DNA of 64,000 bases, counting the filler, from Porpidia crustulata (lineage: Eukaryota): assembly GCA_964255105.1 (NCBI GenBank). It is 4 parts of 4 records of this genome, joined end to end, with 100 filler letters (N's around TTAATTAATTAA, not from the genome) between each part and the next. Parts side by side here need not be neighbours in the genome. Positions count along the whole stretch, not along the records: positions 16,739 to 33,339 come from CAXUWE010000251.1; positions 33,440 to 49,956 come from CAXUWE010000252.1; 2 more parts are not named here. One strand, written 5' to 3'. This document shows, in pieces, positions 24,146 through 37,421 of the stretch (its first letter is position 1; every line of letters starts with the position of its first letter). The notes under the pieces are model-generated. The model had not been told where the DNA came from, did not search any database, and saw nothing but the letters and a program-made list of their open reading frames with translations. Made by a program: the position numbers and the translations under genes.

Positions 24146-27100
24146 ATGGAAAAGCCGGTGGTCTCGGGCTCGAGCAAAGTCACAGGTACCGCTGAAGCAC
24201 AAACAGGCTGGACGATAAGCTAATGCTCTGGAATCTGTAGTCGAGTACACTGATCCCTCCGGAGTCTTCCATTTGATCGCGCATGATCTATATCAACGAC
24301 TTCCCCTACGTAACCTGCATTGGAACTCATCCTCACGACCACTGCGATCTATAAGCTCCCTTCATGTTGAGCTAGTTCCAGATGGCAAAGTGAACTTGCA
24401 AGATATCCCTACTCCATCGGCATCGGAAGGCTCAAATCAGGTCAACAAAAATGGATCGACTCCGTATGCTGGGTACGTTCCGAGAAGCCAAGCTCCGGCA
24501 AGCGAAGAACTTAGGAAGGAAAGAAGGCACCAAATTCCTGGGCTCCGACAAACCCCATACCTGAAGATCTACTTGCTTCGTTGCGCGGACACAGAATCAT
24601 ACAAGGCGACATCCAGGAAACTACTCCGAGATTGGGTCAAGAACCATATACCTCCTTCTCAAAACAGTACCTCCATCAGCAAACAAGAGAACCATGACGC
24701 CTTTGAATGGCTTATCCTCCACGTGGTATTACCTGGAGATGACGCAAGTGCGTCCCGGCTCTCCGGAAATACGAAGAGCGATTCACGTTGGCCTACCCGA
24801 ATCTCTTCTAGTCTTGTTGAAAAGATAAGGGCGGATTTTAATGGGACTTCCAAGAGCGCTGTAGATCGGATTGCGCAGGTCAGAGCTATTGAGAGCTCCG
24901 ACGGAACCAAAGTTTCTTCGCGACCGACACCTTTGATCAACCAAGTTCCAGGAGACGATCACAGAGGCTGGGATGATGTGGTGAACAAACTGAAGTTTCT
25001 TATTCTTGCGTCTTTCGACCTACGAGTGAGTCAGTATGAAGAAGATATTAGGGAGAAAGACTCACGGCGAGGTCTTCCAGGATGGAATTTCAATACATTC
25101 TTCGTTCTCAAAGAGGGTCTAGCAAGAGGTTTCGAGAGCGTTGGCTTGGTCGAGGATGCATTAACAGGTTATCATGAGCTTGCGGTCGGCCTAAAAGCTG
25201 TGATCGATGAACAAAGGACCGACGGGTCTCCAGAACAATCTACCAATCTGTTTCGTGATCGTACGGAAGAAGTGCTCGAGGAGTTCAGGCAGGCAGCATT
25301 GTCCAGAGGCTCTGAATCGAGGCTAAAATATGACTCCAATCCTGATTCTGTCAACTCCCCACGACCTTCGGCTAGACAGGACGATTTTGGGGCTTCGATC
25401 CTAGACACACACAGGAAACCCTTCCGAGAATTGATACTCGCGAACAACATCTCCGCCTTTGATTTCCAGTGCTATGTCTTTGCAAGGCAGGTCACTTTAC
25501 TTTTGAGGTTGGCACACGTGGTCACTAGAAAACATTCGTCTGCAGCAGATCCAGACCTGAATGGAACAGATGCGGACAGACAGTCATTGTCGGCCATTGA
25601 GTCAATCCCTAATGATAGCGAGCCACAAAATCTCCTTATACTCTCAGACATATGTCGACGGGCAACGGAATTCATCGCCTCCGCTGCTTGTGCCCTTCGA
25701 GTCGAATTGAGCAATTCTGTCAATTTTGAAATCCAGGACCATAATCATGGCACCCTACTAGAGTCACCAGTTGACGGTATTGTTGAAAATCTTTGCGCTT
25801 CGTGGACGTTTTCTGTAAGCCAATCTGTCCTAAAAAAGACCTCAGTCCAGTCCCTTTCCGATCGCCTACAACCTCTTCTACGTCAAACAAGACCAAACCG
25901 TCTAGGCAATGAGACCTCTCACCAGATTTCCAAGGGATTTTCTGATATTGCTCATCGAAAGGATCTTCCCAATCGGACGAGCTCTTTGCCACCTCATACC
26001 CCCAGTGATAATCGCTCATCGATTTCAGAAAAACTCCCTTCTGTCACTTCATTGGACGCTATGAGATTACTACCTCCTACTTCTTCGCAAACTGGTTTCC
26101 AAGAATTGGCGGCCCAGCATGCAGATCTCACGTTATTGGGTAGACGCATCCTCAGTAGCCTGGCGTCCCGCGTGGGTGGCTGGAGCAGCGGCTGGACCGA
26201 TCTTTCTTCTGTATTGCTGTTGAGTGAGGAAGCTATGGAGGAAGTCCCTCTTGATGACACTTCCACCGGAGACGTACCGTTGGCTACGAATGAGTCGCAT
26301 GACCACAGCCTTTCGACTGTTAGCGGCGTACGAAATAAAGCTTTGCTTTCTGCTTTGACGACTAAAAGTGCATTTTATGAAGCTTATGAGGTCTGATTAT
26401 TATGACCGCTATCCATTAAGTAGGCTGATTAGAGTAACAGGATCTGACTACATCGGCCTTAGGATACTATGTCCTAAGTGCGAGGCAGAAGTCGGCGGAG
26501 GGAATGGTTGCAGACATTGCGGCAGTCCGATTGTATGCTTCAATCTTTTATCACAGTATGAGAAGCTAATAGCCAACAGCTACTTGGAAGACTGTGATAC
26601 AGCTGCCTCGTATTTTCACCAGCTTGCGCCTTTCTATGCCAAGAATGACTGGAGCCATCTTGAGATGAGCGTGCTCGAGATGTATGCACAGTGTTTGAAT
26701 CGACAGACAGACAGAAACGAGGAATATATCAAAAGTGCCTTCCAAATTATCGAGAAAGTTGTGCAGCGAAGGAGAACGACACCACTATATCAGCCATCAC
26801 GATATGCCAGCGGCCATTTGGACAAGTTGCTATTTGCTTCCAAGTCATTAGATCAGCCCATATCTGTCTCAATGGATAGGTTTTTTGGTGACATCCGCCT
26901 TGACCCTTTTCTTCGCCATCACGATGTTCATGATGGCTTTCAATTGATATTGCGTTTCAGGTACTTGATGCCCGAGGGTATGTTGGCGTCAAAGGTTCGA
27001 GCAAAAATCGTTTCTGTCGACACAGAGCAATCGAATGAGATCTGGCTTACTGCTGATGATTTTGGGCGCATGGAGCTTGGATTGGTGACAGTTCTTTTGA

Positions 27101-29003
27101 GATCAAACGTACGTCGACTGAAAATTCCTTTTAAATTTGGATTCTCACTCTTTAGATTATGCTACCGGCCTGGTATACTCTGAATCAGATTACGCTTCAA
27201 TCAGAAAATATTATATTCACTCATGACCTTAATCCGTCACCAAGCTGGCCACTTTTGGCAGGAGATCGTGACGCAACGTCTCTGAAGTCTAGTCAGTCTG
27301 CTAGCCAAGCTCGCATTCTTGTTTGGGCGCAACTTAGGGCTCTCGAAGCGCGTCTATCTGTATCACACTCTAGATCTATTAATCTTGGCCACGTACATTC
27401 GCTGGTGGTTGATGTATCCAGTGGTCGGAATGATATCTTAGAAGGCAGAATACAACTCCGGGCTGCTACTGCTGGGCTACGATTACACAACGCTGAAGCC
27501 GAACTGCAAAACACTAATACAAATATAATCGATCAATCTCAGCCAGGCACCATCAGATTTGGTAAATTATCTGCAGATGCTGATCTAAAACTCAGTATAC
27601 CGTACAGCCTCGAGAACGACCTCAACGAGATAGTCGTCAAGCTCGAAATCCATTACATGACAAAAGGAGGCAGCTTCACTTATGCATGTAACCCCAAAAT
27701 ATCGATACGATTGCCGGTTGATGTCAATGTACAAGATATATTCAAAGGAGAGGTACTCTTCTCGAAATTCTCTATAAGCACTGTAGACTCGATTCCATTG
27801 AGAGTCTCGAAATGCTCGTTGGAAGGGACCAGAGATTTTGAAGTTTCAACGCCGCCTCTGGCGGACAGAGAACTTGATGTCTTGACTCGGCAACCTTTGT
27901 CTTTCGTCGCCCAAATATTCAGTTCAGCCCGGAGCAAGTCTGCCGTTGGCAAACAGAGCGAGCTAGAGAGAAAATTGGTACTGCAAATCGAATACTCTCG
28001 CATAAATGAAGAAATCCTTTTCATCATTGAGCATTCCTTTTCGACCGCTCTTGCTGGTTCTCCTTTTCAACATCTATCTCGACTGTTGGTACCCGCTCTG
28101 TCCTCGTCTCTCAAATCGAAGATTTTGTCAAAGGACCTCGAAATGGCCGCAGTAATGCGTGAGATCCATGTCGGTACTTTTTTGGATTACAGCTGGGAAG
28201 CCCTGCTTTCTGGCCTATCACTCGATCGCTCACCTCAGCTGTCTGATTGGATGCAGCGGTGGCACAAGGTTCGCAGGAATCTGCATTATACCTCGAGCAA
28301 TACTAAAACCCTGACAGGAGCACTTAACCATCCAACTTCCTGATGGTCTAAGGGAGCCAACAACGCACTATCTTACGGTTCCGGTGGAAATACCTCAAAT
28401 GCAGGTTGTACATACAGCGCATTTGCGGTTACTAAATTCTCACACAGAAAATCAAATTAGATCGAGCCATGTAACAATTGGCCACACTCTCCCAGCAGAG
28501 CTGACAATCAAGCATACTCGACAATGGGGAAGTCTCGCGGACTCTCATAACGCCTCTCAGCCGCTTGATTTCTGCTATGAGATACAAGCGAGTCCGGATG
28601 TGTGGCTTATTGGGGGTCAGAGAAAGGCGCACTTTAGTGCAAGAGTGAGTGTCGATGTGCTCGCCAAACTTGTTCTTATTAACGCTTGATGCAGGAAGAT
28701 GAAGCTATGAGGTTTCCAATCATCCTCCTACCTCAGAGAACGGGTCACCTGCTTCTCCCCTCCGTCGACGTTGAGCCGTCGCAGCCCTACGACCACAGAG
28801 GAGCCGACGAAAACAAACTATCATCCGCGCTTGAAATTTCGAGCTACGAGACGGACTACCGCAATCAAGGCGAGAGTGTACTGGTGATCCCCAATCTCAG
28901 CAGCACGACGGTCAGCCTCGACCCGCACGGATCAACCAATGGCGCATGGTTGGTCGAGTCCAGAAGTAGGGGTGCCGATGAAACGGCTCCAGCCTCGCCT
29001 TGA
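24146..29003 (+). CDS. TRS130: TRAPPII complex subunit Trs130/TRAPPC10 (TMEM1 family), multi-exon
   Basis: SKVTVEYTDPSG, LPLRNLHW, KERRHQIPGLRQTPYLKIY, YEEDIREKD-LPGWNFNTFFVLKEGLARGFESVGLVEDAL, C-terminal WLIGGQRKAHF and GHLLLPSV; ORFs 24273-29003 joined by short introns. Confidence 0.88.
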
Positions 29004-30609
29004 ATCCTTTTTCTGCAGGTTCGACACCGATGCAGCAGAACACACGAGTAGTCATCTACCTAGAAGTTAAGACGTTATAGGAATGGTCCCGCCATCACAG
29101 CTAGTAGCAATCCGGGGCGCAAAGCGTCAGCCTGGACGTCCTAGCTCAAGGGCTACTGTCGAACGCGAAGGAGAAGGGAGGCTCGCTTTCACGAAAATTG
29201 TCGAACGTGGCAAGGGACTGCGTTCGAGCCCGGCTGATCTGGAAGGCTTTTACCGGACGACTTGGTTTTCGGGAACGAAACACAGCCTTGTGTTGGATGA
29301 CGAGAGCCGGCTTAAATTGAGCTGAAATGTGACGTTCAGTGACAAGGAAACGAGAGGCTTGAGCGACAGCATGAACATGTCCGAATGCGGATCAAGAGCG
29401 ACAATTCGAGATCGGGTGGTAGTCGTTGTGTGTTAACGATAAAAACGAGGGGCGTTGTACCCTAACCCTACCAATACCACTATTGTGCCGAAAGTAAATC
29501 TTCCTTGTCCCTGCCAGCGGATCGAGGAAGATAAGCGAGTGGAACGAAGGCCGACACGCCGACACGCCGACATTTCTGTTGGCCCGATCCCTGCCGACTG
29601 CGTGTGAGATCATCCCAGCGTCGCACCTTAACGACGGAGTCTAACTCGGAACGAGAGGCCTTTGTCCCAACAGAATTGCACGTCTGACGAGGAATAACCC
29701 ATATTCCCGTACTAATATCCACACATAATTACATGGCAAAGTCACCTGAGGAACAAGTGGCACAGATTGCACATGCTCTTAGTTCCGACCGAGCATGTCC
29801 GAGGCACGCATGGTTAATGTATCATGCCACATACCTACGGGACAAACGATATCATGGGCGTGTGGTGAGAAATGCGGTGTGATTCGGTGATCCACTAGTA
29901 GTCGCACTGTGCTCTTTTGTGCTTGCGATCTTCACGTGGAGATCGAGAAAAGGCACTTCATATATGCAACAAACTCATAAGAAAGGAATTGAGTAAACGC
30001 TGTGTGCCCTTCACTTTCTACCGCAAAATAGCATGCTGTAATCGGATATTACCGTTGCCGCAAACATGATTTGATTCAAAGTACCTGTGTGCCCGTGATG
30101 ATGGCGAGTGAGGATGTTCATCTTTTCTTGGGGAGTAAGGACAACTCATCATGAGATAGAAAACCAGCCCATCATTGACTGTGCGTTCATGGCCATCTAG
30201 GGCTAGACCAGATAGTCTCGCCTAGGGCTTTACCTAGCCCGGAATGCCGCTTGGCTTTTCCCAAAATCTCATTACAGAAATCGGTGGACATCTTTCTTTC
30301 TCCGCTACTCAACAACTCCTCGACCCACTCAATTGATTTGCTGTGGTATACTCGGTACTGTGTGAGCCAGAACGATACAGAAAGAACAATCAAGCAAGTG
30401 TTTGAGCTGGTGGTAATGATCAGAAAATTTGTTGAGTGAAGGGCAATGGCTGAACGCTGGGCAGTTTCAGATTGTCGGCGAATAAACCCCAGAGATACCT
30501 GCAAGTACTGCGTGGGACGTGAAGAGAATTCGGGGCACCAAACCTATCAATAACCTCCCCACTCACAAATACCCAGCACACCAGCAGCAAACCCACCCAA
30601 CCTTACATC

Positions 30610-32099
30610 ATGTCATCCACCGCAACCCCTCGTACGACGCTCACGAAGCGGCAGGCCGCCCTCAATTCCGAGGATTCTTCGTCCGCCAATTCGTTGTCCG
30701 GCTCTCCAGAAGACACTCCCAAACAATCCCCTTCGTCGACGTCACTATCGTCACTCGGCTCCGACACCGCACTCGATCTGAAGAGCGCCAATGGCAAGAT
30801 GCTGGACGGGTATGGCAACGATTTCCAGATCCCTGACTTCACCGTCAAGCAGATCCGTGATGCCATTCCCGCCCATTGTTATGAGCGATCGGCGGCCAAG
30901 GGTCTATACTATGTTGCCAGGGATATCGTCTCGTTGGCAACCACTTTCTACCTCTTCAACCAGTTCTTGACCCCGGAGAATGTTCCTTCCACCGCTGCTC
31001 GTGCAGCGTTATGGGCCGTCTACACCTTTGTGCAGGGTCTCTTTGGGACTGGTCTGTGGGTGTTGGCGCACGAGTGTGGTCATCAGTCCTTTTCCCCATC
31101 CAAGACTCTCAACGACACGGTCGGATGGATCTGCCACTCCGCTTTGTTGGTCCCATACTTTTCATGGAAAATCTCTCATGGCAAGCATCACAAGGCCACC
31201 GGTCATCTAGAGCGCGACATGGTTTTTGTGCCCAAGACTCGAGACCAATATGCATCGAGAGTGGGTTACTATGCGCATGAGCTGACCGAGCTGATGGAGG
31301 AAACGCCAATCCTGACCGCCGGTAACATGATCGGACAGCAGCTAGTCGGATGGCCACTCTACTTGATCACCAACACCACCGGTCACAACGTCCACGAACG
31401 CGCCAGTGAGGGTCGTGGCAAGGGCAAGAAGAATGGTTTCGGCAATGGCGTCAATCATTTCAACCCGTCGAGTCCTCTGTATGATGCCAAGGATGGCAAG
31501 TTGGTCTTATTGAGTGACTTCGGCATGGCAATTACCGCCGGGATATTGTTCCTCGTTGGAAAGAATTATGGATGGGCCAATTTGGCAGTGTGGTACATTC
31601 TCCCATATCTATGGGTGAACCACTGGCTTGGTCAGTTCTCCGTGGTATGAGTTGGGGCATGGCTAATACAGATTCAGTGGCCATTACATTCCTTCAGCAC
31701 ACTGACCCCTCCCTTCCTCACTACGAGCCCAGCTCTTGGACCTATACCCGTGGCGCGGCCGCAACCATTGACCGCGAGTTTGGTTTCATCGGCCGCCAGC
31801 TTCTCCACGGCATCATCGAGACCCATGTTCTTCACCACTACGTGTCGACCATTCCCTTTTATAACGCCGACGAAGCCACCGAAGCCATCAAGCCCGTCAT
31901 GGGTCGTCACTACCGATCCGACGTCACCAACGGCCCGATTGGATTCCTTAAGAGCATGTGGAAGAGCGCTCGGTGGTGCCAGTGGGTCGAGCCGTCCGCA
32001 GACGCCGAGGGGGAGGGTAAGGGTGTCATGTTCTTCCGGAACAGAAACGGTCTCGGTGTGCCACCTTTGCAATTCGCCCCCCGAGTCACCGCATCATAA
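30610..32099 (+). CDS. odeA: Oleate delta-12 fatty acid desaturase
   Basis: Three histidine boxes HECGH, HGKHH, HVLHH; IRDAIPAHC; intron 31631-31677 in WVNHWL-V-AITFLQHT. Confidence 0.93.
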
Positions 32100-33339
32100 A
32101 GTCGGCCTACCGTATGGACCATTTTCAAGTATGAGTAGCGAATGACGAACTGAACGTATCATGCTCAGTCTCTATAGAGGCTCGGCAAGAACCTTTTCCC
32201 GCATTGGCAACGGCGTTTTGGTTTTTGGAATTGGTCGCCTTATATCCTTCTAGATTTTGGCATAATGCAGTCGGAGCCAGTCTACGGTCCGAAGTCGCCG
32301 GGTTTTTCCATTCTCCATCAGTCCGCCACACTCTTTCCTTGCGCTGCCATGGACAAGATTGGGAGCGCTTTAGATGAGATATTTAGATCCACTATAGATG
32401 TTTAGATGGAGAGAATATCGTTTGGGGCAAATGTCGATTACGCGAATGATGAGGGGTCGGCTCGAGATCCTTGCTGCTGACCATTTCGGCTTCGGCGGGG
32501 TCGTCCGTTCTTCTCTTTGCTATTTCCTTTTTCATTCTTTCGTCGATTCGCGATGTCCAATGTGAGGATACACTCAATCGATTCCTTCTCTCCTATCTTC
32601 CCTCAACTTCGCTCACTCCATCTTTTATCTCTTTCGTGTTTTTGATCTCTTTTCTCCTTCGCCTACTTCATACATCTCATCTCAATCGTCATTATTCTTG
32701 CGTCCCTCACAACTCCAATACTTTGAATTTTCCAAACCAACACGATTTACGATCGTCGCCTCCTCAGATAATGACGATCTTGCTTCCGCTGCATGAGTCT
32801 ACGTGACAACGAAACGGAATAGTGCAACGTGAGCGCAAGCGAGGACGTGGGAATTGGAAAGCGACGACGGGAATGAATCAAAGAAGAATGCGAATTGGAA
32901 TATCGGCGGAACAGCAAGGAAACGGATCACGAGTGTGGTCGCGAGCGATGAGGAGGAGGAATCGTGATGGGGGAAAGGCGACGAGAAGGCGGCGGGAAGA
33001 AAAGGTAAAGATGGGAGGATTTGAGGGGCGAGGTTACTTGTCTGTAGTAAGGGGTTATTGATGGGAGGGAAAGGAGTCTTTGGAGAAGAACTCGCGATAT
33101 CTTGCTCGGTCACGGATCGTTTTTTGCAAGACTCCTTTTAGTGATTGCTAATTTATTCGCGATGGAATCTATGATTTTTTGCTTGAGAAGACAAGGTTGA
33201 GGCGTTTCTCATGGGCTATCTACCTCACGGACTTTCTCACGGGCCTTCTTACGGGGCTTTTTTCTAGATTGCGGATCATGGAGAAACATACTCATATTAA
33301 AACCAAGGACAACCCCCCTCCTTACCCCTTGCATTTACC

Positions 33340-33439
33340 NNNNNNNNNNNNNNNNNNNNNNNNNNNNNNNNNNNNNNNNNNNNTTAATTAATTAANNNNN
33401 NNNNNNNNNNNNNNNNNNNNNNNNNNNNNNNNNNNNNNN
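33340..33439. other. Artificial scaffold spacer (44N-TTAATTAATTAA-44N)
   Basis: Same 100-nt structure; truncates the DEAH helicase. Confidence 0.97.
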
Positions 33440-36400
33440 GAGGTATTGGGCGCGGGTGGAGGAGATGTCGTTGAGGATTTGGGAGGAGAGGAAGTGGGCG
33501 TCGCACCAGGATTTGGTGGTGCGATAGGGGGAGGTCGATTTGAGGTGGGCGTATTCTTGGTATGCGAGGAGGTCGCAGAGGAGGTCGCCTTGGTTGGGGG
33601 CGAATGCGGCGCGTGCGGCTTTGGATTCTTCGCGTTTGGCTTGAGGGGAGATGAAGGGGCTACGGACGGTCAGAATGGCGGCAATGGTGAGTGTGGCTTC
33701 GAGGCAGCCAAAGGTAGCTCCATAGACCATGAGTTTGCTGCAACGAAGGTCGGCGGGGATCATGGAGAGGTGGCGGCCCAGTGCCGTGAGGTCAGGGCCG
33801 TCGAGGGCGCCCATGCGGCCAAGGAGGTCTATGGCACCTTCAACGGCAAGGTCTTCAGGAGGTGTGAGGGCGCTAGCGAGGAAAGAGGGGACATCTGTGA
33901 TGCCCATGGCCCGAACAGAGAGACAAAGTTGTTCAAGTGGGACACGTCGAATTTCGGGTTCGGGTCGCTCAGTCATTTTGGCTTCGGCATTCTTGGTATA
34001 AAGTTTATAGCATATTCCTGCCTGCACTCGACCTGCCCGACCTCGACGTTGTTTGCAGGCCGCTCGAGATGCCCAGACTTCTTCAAGTTTAACCATGTTG
34101 TTTTGCGGGTCAAAACTTGTTTCCTTGACCTTGCCGCTATCAATGACAGCGACGATGTCTTCGATGGTAATGGAGGTTTCGGCGACATTAGTAGCAGCAA
34201 TGACCTTTCGCTTGCCCCTTGGTGCGAGAGGAAAGACTCGTCGTTGCTCGACTGGCATTAGGGAAGCGTGTAAAGGTAGTCCGTATATATTTGGAAGATC
34301 TCGAAGGGCGTCAAGGGTTCGATTGATTTCAAGAGTGCCCGGTAGGAAGATTAGAATTCCACCTTCTTTTGACCCTAATTGAGAGTCGATTGCCCTGACA
34401 GTGCTAGCTATGAGACTGTAGTTGATTCTCATACCAATGCCTTGTATTGTACTAGCCACCGAGGGGTCCACCTCTTCCGTATCCTCATCCTCAATTGCAC
34501 CACTCCGAAGACCTGTGCTAAAGCCAGTGAACCGGATTACGTCATCGAGATGATAGTCTTCAACAGGATAGGTACGGCCTTGAATTTCAATTTTTCCCAC
34601 ACTCGAAACTTGACTAAAGTATTTCTCAAAGACACCGGCGTCAAGAGTGGCACTCATGAGTATGACTTTAAGGTCTCTCCGTTTAGGAAGAACATCCCTC
34701 AAAAGAATCAAAAGAAAGTCAGTGTCGAGACTGCGCTCGTGCACCTCATCTACAACAACGTGACTAACATCAGAGAGGGCGGCCACGACATCATCGGTAC
34801 TTCCACCAGAAGTCTGTAATCGTCGGAGTAAGATACCTGTCGTTACAAAAGTGATTTTGGTAATCCCAGATTTCTGTTTTGATTCGCCTCGTATCGCGTA
34901 TCCTACTTCATCACCAACGATCGAGCACCTCTCGTCGCTGACTCGGTCTGCAAGACCAAGAGCCGAGATTCTTCGAGGTTGCGTGCAAATAATATTGGCG
35001 GCTGATCCGATTTTTCGATGGATCATATCATCGAGAACAAATTGGACAGACTGCGTGGATTTCCCTGATCCAGTCTCTCCAGATATGATTGTAACTTGGT
35101 GGTCATTTACAGCCTTTACGATAATATCCCTCAAAGCCCAGGCTGGTAGTGACTGACGTCCGGCAAGCATCTTACGCTGCTGAGGGCTTTCCTGTCTGGA
35201 CTGCCAGCGGTTCAATAAAGTAAGACTCTGAAGGTTTCCTGGACGCCAATCAATCTGAACAGGGGTTCTTTTTCGATTTTGCAATTTCTTTTTCGTAGAC
35301 ACAGTCTGAGGCTCAAGTAGGCCAGTTGCTCCGGCAGAAACGTCACGAAGTCGCCCAGGATTATCAATGATTCTTGGTATCTCGGCTTCGAGCCAGTCCA
35401 CCAGATTGAATACCATAGGTTCGTCTAGAAGGTTGACATTCGAATGCAAAATCAGTTGACGAATAATACTGAGCCTAATGTAAGCCGGTAATCCGGCCGA
35501 AGTTATGGAAACGATTGGAGCTTTGCGTGGATATAATTCTGATTTTCTGACCACTAGAGTGTATATAGTTTTTGATTTGGTAGGCTGAAGTTGTATATTA
35601 CATATATCAAGGGACACGGATTGGAAGCGATCGCCGAATATTGCACCAAGGGTATCTTGCTCTTCTGCCCAGATCAACTCTCCCTGGTAGTCTTCGTCCA
35701 ACTTCATAGTAGAGAGGTCAATGCTTGTCCCTTCTCCAACTATTTCTGCGCCCTCGACAAGATTATTTTGCAGGGTTTCAGCCGCCAGTGCTTCATTAGA
35801 ATTACTCTCGTCAAAGACCTTTCCACACAATTCTAGAGAGTATCCGGCCTCAGCAAGCCTTTTGATGGCAGCCTCTCGTTTAAGATTGCCACTACCCATA
35901 CTTATTCCAGCAACATATCCCTCGGGCAGAGCCCATCGCGGAAGATCATCTTCCGGAACATGTATAAGTAGCCATTCCAACGTCTCCTCACGGTCTTTGC
36001 ACTCTAATATTGCCTCTTCGATGTGACTTCTCCTGAATCCAAGCTCTATTAGTTCATTGATGATGTTCCTCCGTTGGTACTCGGAAATCTGGGCATCATG
36101 AGGATTCCAAACAGCCTTTCTTCTAATAAGATCTTCGATTTGAGCTCGAGTACGTTTGCCCAACTCTATCTTAGGAACTCTAGTCCATCCCCTCATGATA
36201 TTGCGAGTCGTGTCACCACTATGACTGGAATTGCCCAGGTTTACATTAGTTGGTTGCTCGGCTTCTTTGGCCCTCTGCCTATCTCGCTCTTCGCGTTTCT
36301 TCGCCATCAAAGCCTGAGCCTCGTCCCGTTCCTGTTTGGCAGCAAACGGATCTGCTTCGTACATCCAGCCTCGACCTTCTTTGGCGTCCTCCGCTTTTAG

Positions 36401-37010
36401 ATCTTGGAACTCCTTTTTCCAGAGATCTCGATAATTTGGTGGTAGCATCATGTGTATATTGCGCATACTGCAAACACGAAAGAGGGCATACGTTGCGGCA
36501 AAATGGCGTGCTTCTACGGCTGTTGGTTGCAAAGCGATATCTTTGTAGGATGGTGGAAGTTTAAAAGGAGGCAAGGCAACCATCTCTTTGGTCTTTGGGT
36601 TGACAGCCTTGAGTATGACCATAGAGGAGAATGCATCTCCCGCTTTAGTCTAGGTATCCAAATTAGACGCAGGCGACCAAAACTGCGTTCGAGACATACC
36701 GTACCACGGTGTACTCTGGCTTTGCCCATTTTTGCTTCTGACAATGCTCAGAGAGCATATTCACAGGGAGCTTCCCAGTCCAGCTTGCTCCACCTATCAG
36801 TTTCCTCGTGTCTGGCTTGTTGACGGCGGTTTCACCTGTTGCTTCGGCCGTGCCTGTCCCATTCTTTCCTGTGGAGCTTTCGGGCTCAGGTGCCTTATTA
36901 TTCTTCTTGGGTTTTCCATCTCCGAAAACGATATAACTATCATCTTCAGCTGATACTACGGGAGCAGCTGGCTTCTTCGATTTGGCGTTGCGGCTGCTTG
37001 CCTTATTCAT
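33440..37010 (-). CDS. DEAH-box RNA helicase (DHX57/Ucp12/YLR419W-like) with UBA and RWD-like regions; 3' end lost in gap
   Basis: GETGSGKSTQ, CTQPRRISA, DEVHER, MSAT, ATNVAETSITI, QRRGRAGRV, HA2 region; intron about 36704-36650. Confidence 0.92.
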
Positions 37011-37208
37011 GATCGTGTTGAGCGCTTCAGGTGCTCGGACTCACTCAATAGACATTACCCAGCCATTAATTGATATTAAAGAGTACTGAGGTTTCAATTG
37101 AAATTGACTCATCACGGAGTAAGTACAATTAGGGACTGTAACTTGTCCGTGGACTTAAAAAAACTTTGTAAAGTCGTAGATGAATGACGGAGCTGTTCCG
37201 CGACCAAG

Positions 37209-37244
37209 GCTGCCACGCTGCCACGCTGCCACGCTGCCACGCTG
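37209..37244. repeat. Octamer tandem repeat (GCTGCCAC)x4.5
   Basis: Perfect copies at 37209, 37217, 37225 and 37233, plus a partial copy. Confidence 0.95.
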
Positions 37245-37421
37245 TCGGGAAACAAGAGCATGGGCTCTTCCTACCATTTTAGGGTATGCTTGATTCTTCT
37301 GTAGGAGGTAGGTTGTTATCATTGGATTGGATGTGTAACCAATATAATTTCATCGCTCTCCGTTAATTTTGAACTGTTGGACACGCTCCCCGGCTACGAG
37401 TCCGATATTTTCCAGTCTGTG

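Noticed and set aside
32500..33113. Pyrimidine-rich block followed by purine-rich block with short ORFs
   Set aside because: No clean long inverted repeat or homologous protein seen; consistent with low-complexity UTR or intergenic DNA.
33446..34261. 271-aa plus-strand ORF, and similar antisense ORFs over veA, sfc3 and kipA
   Set aside because: Shadow frames of well-supported genes on the opposite strand.
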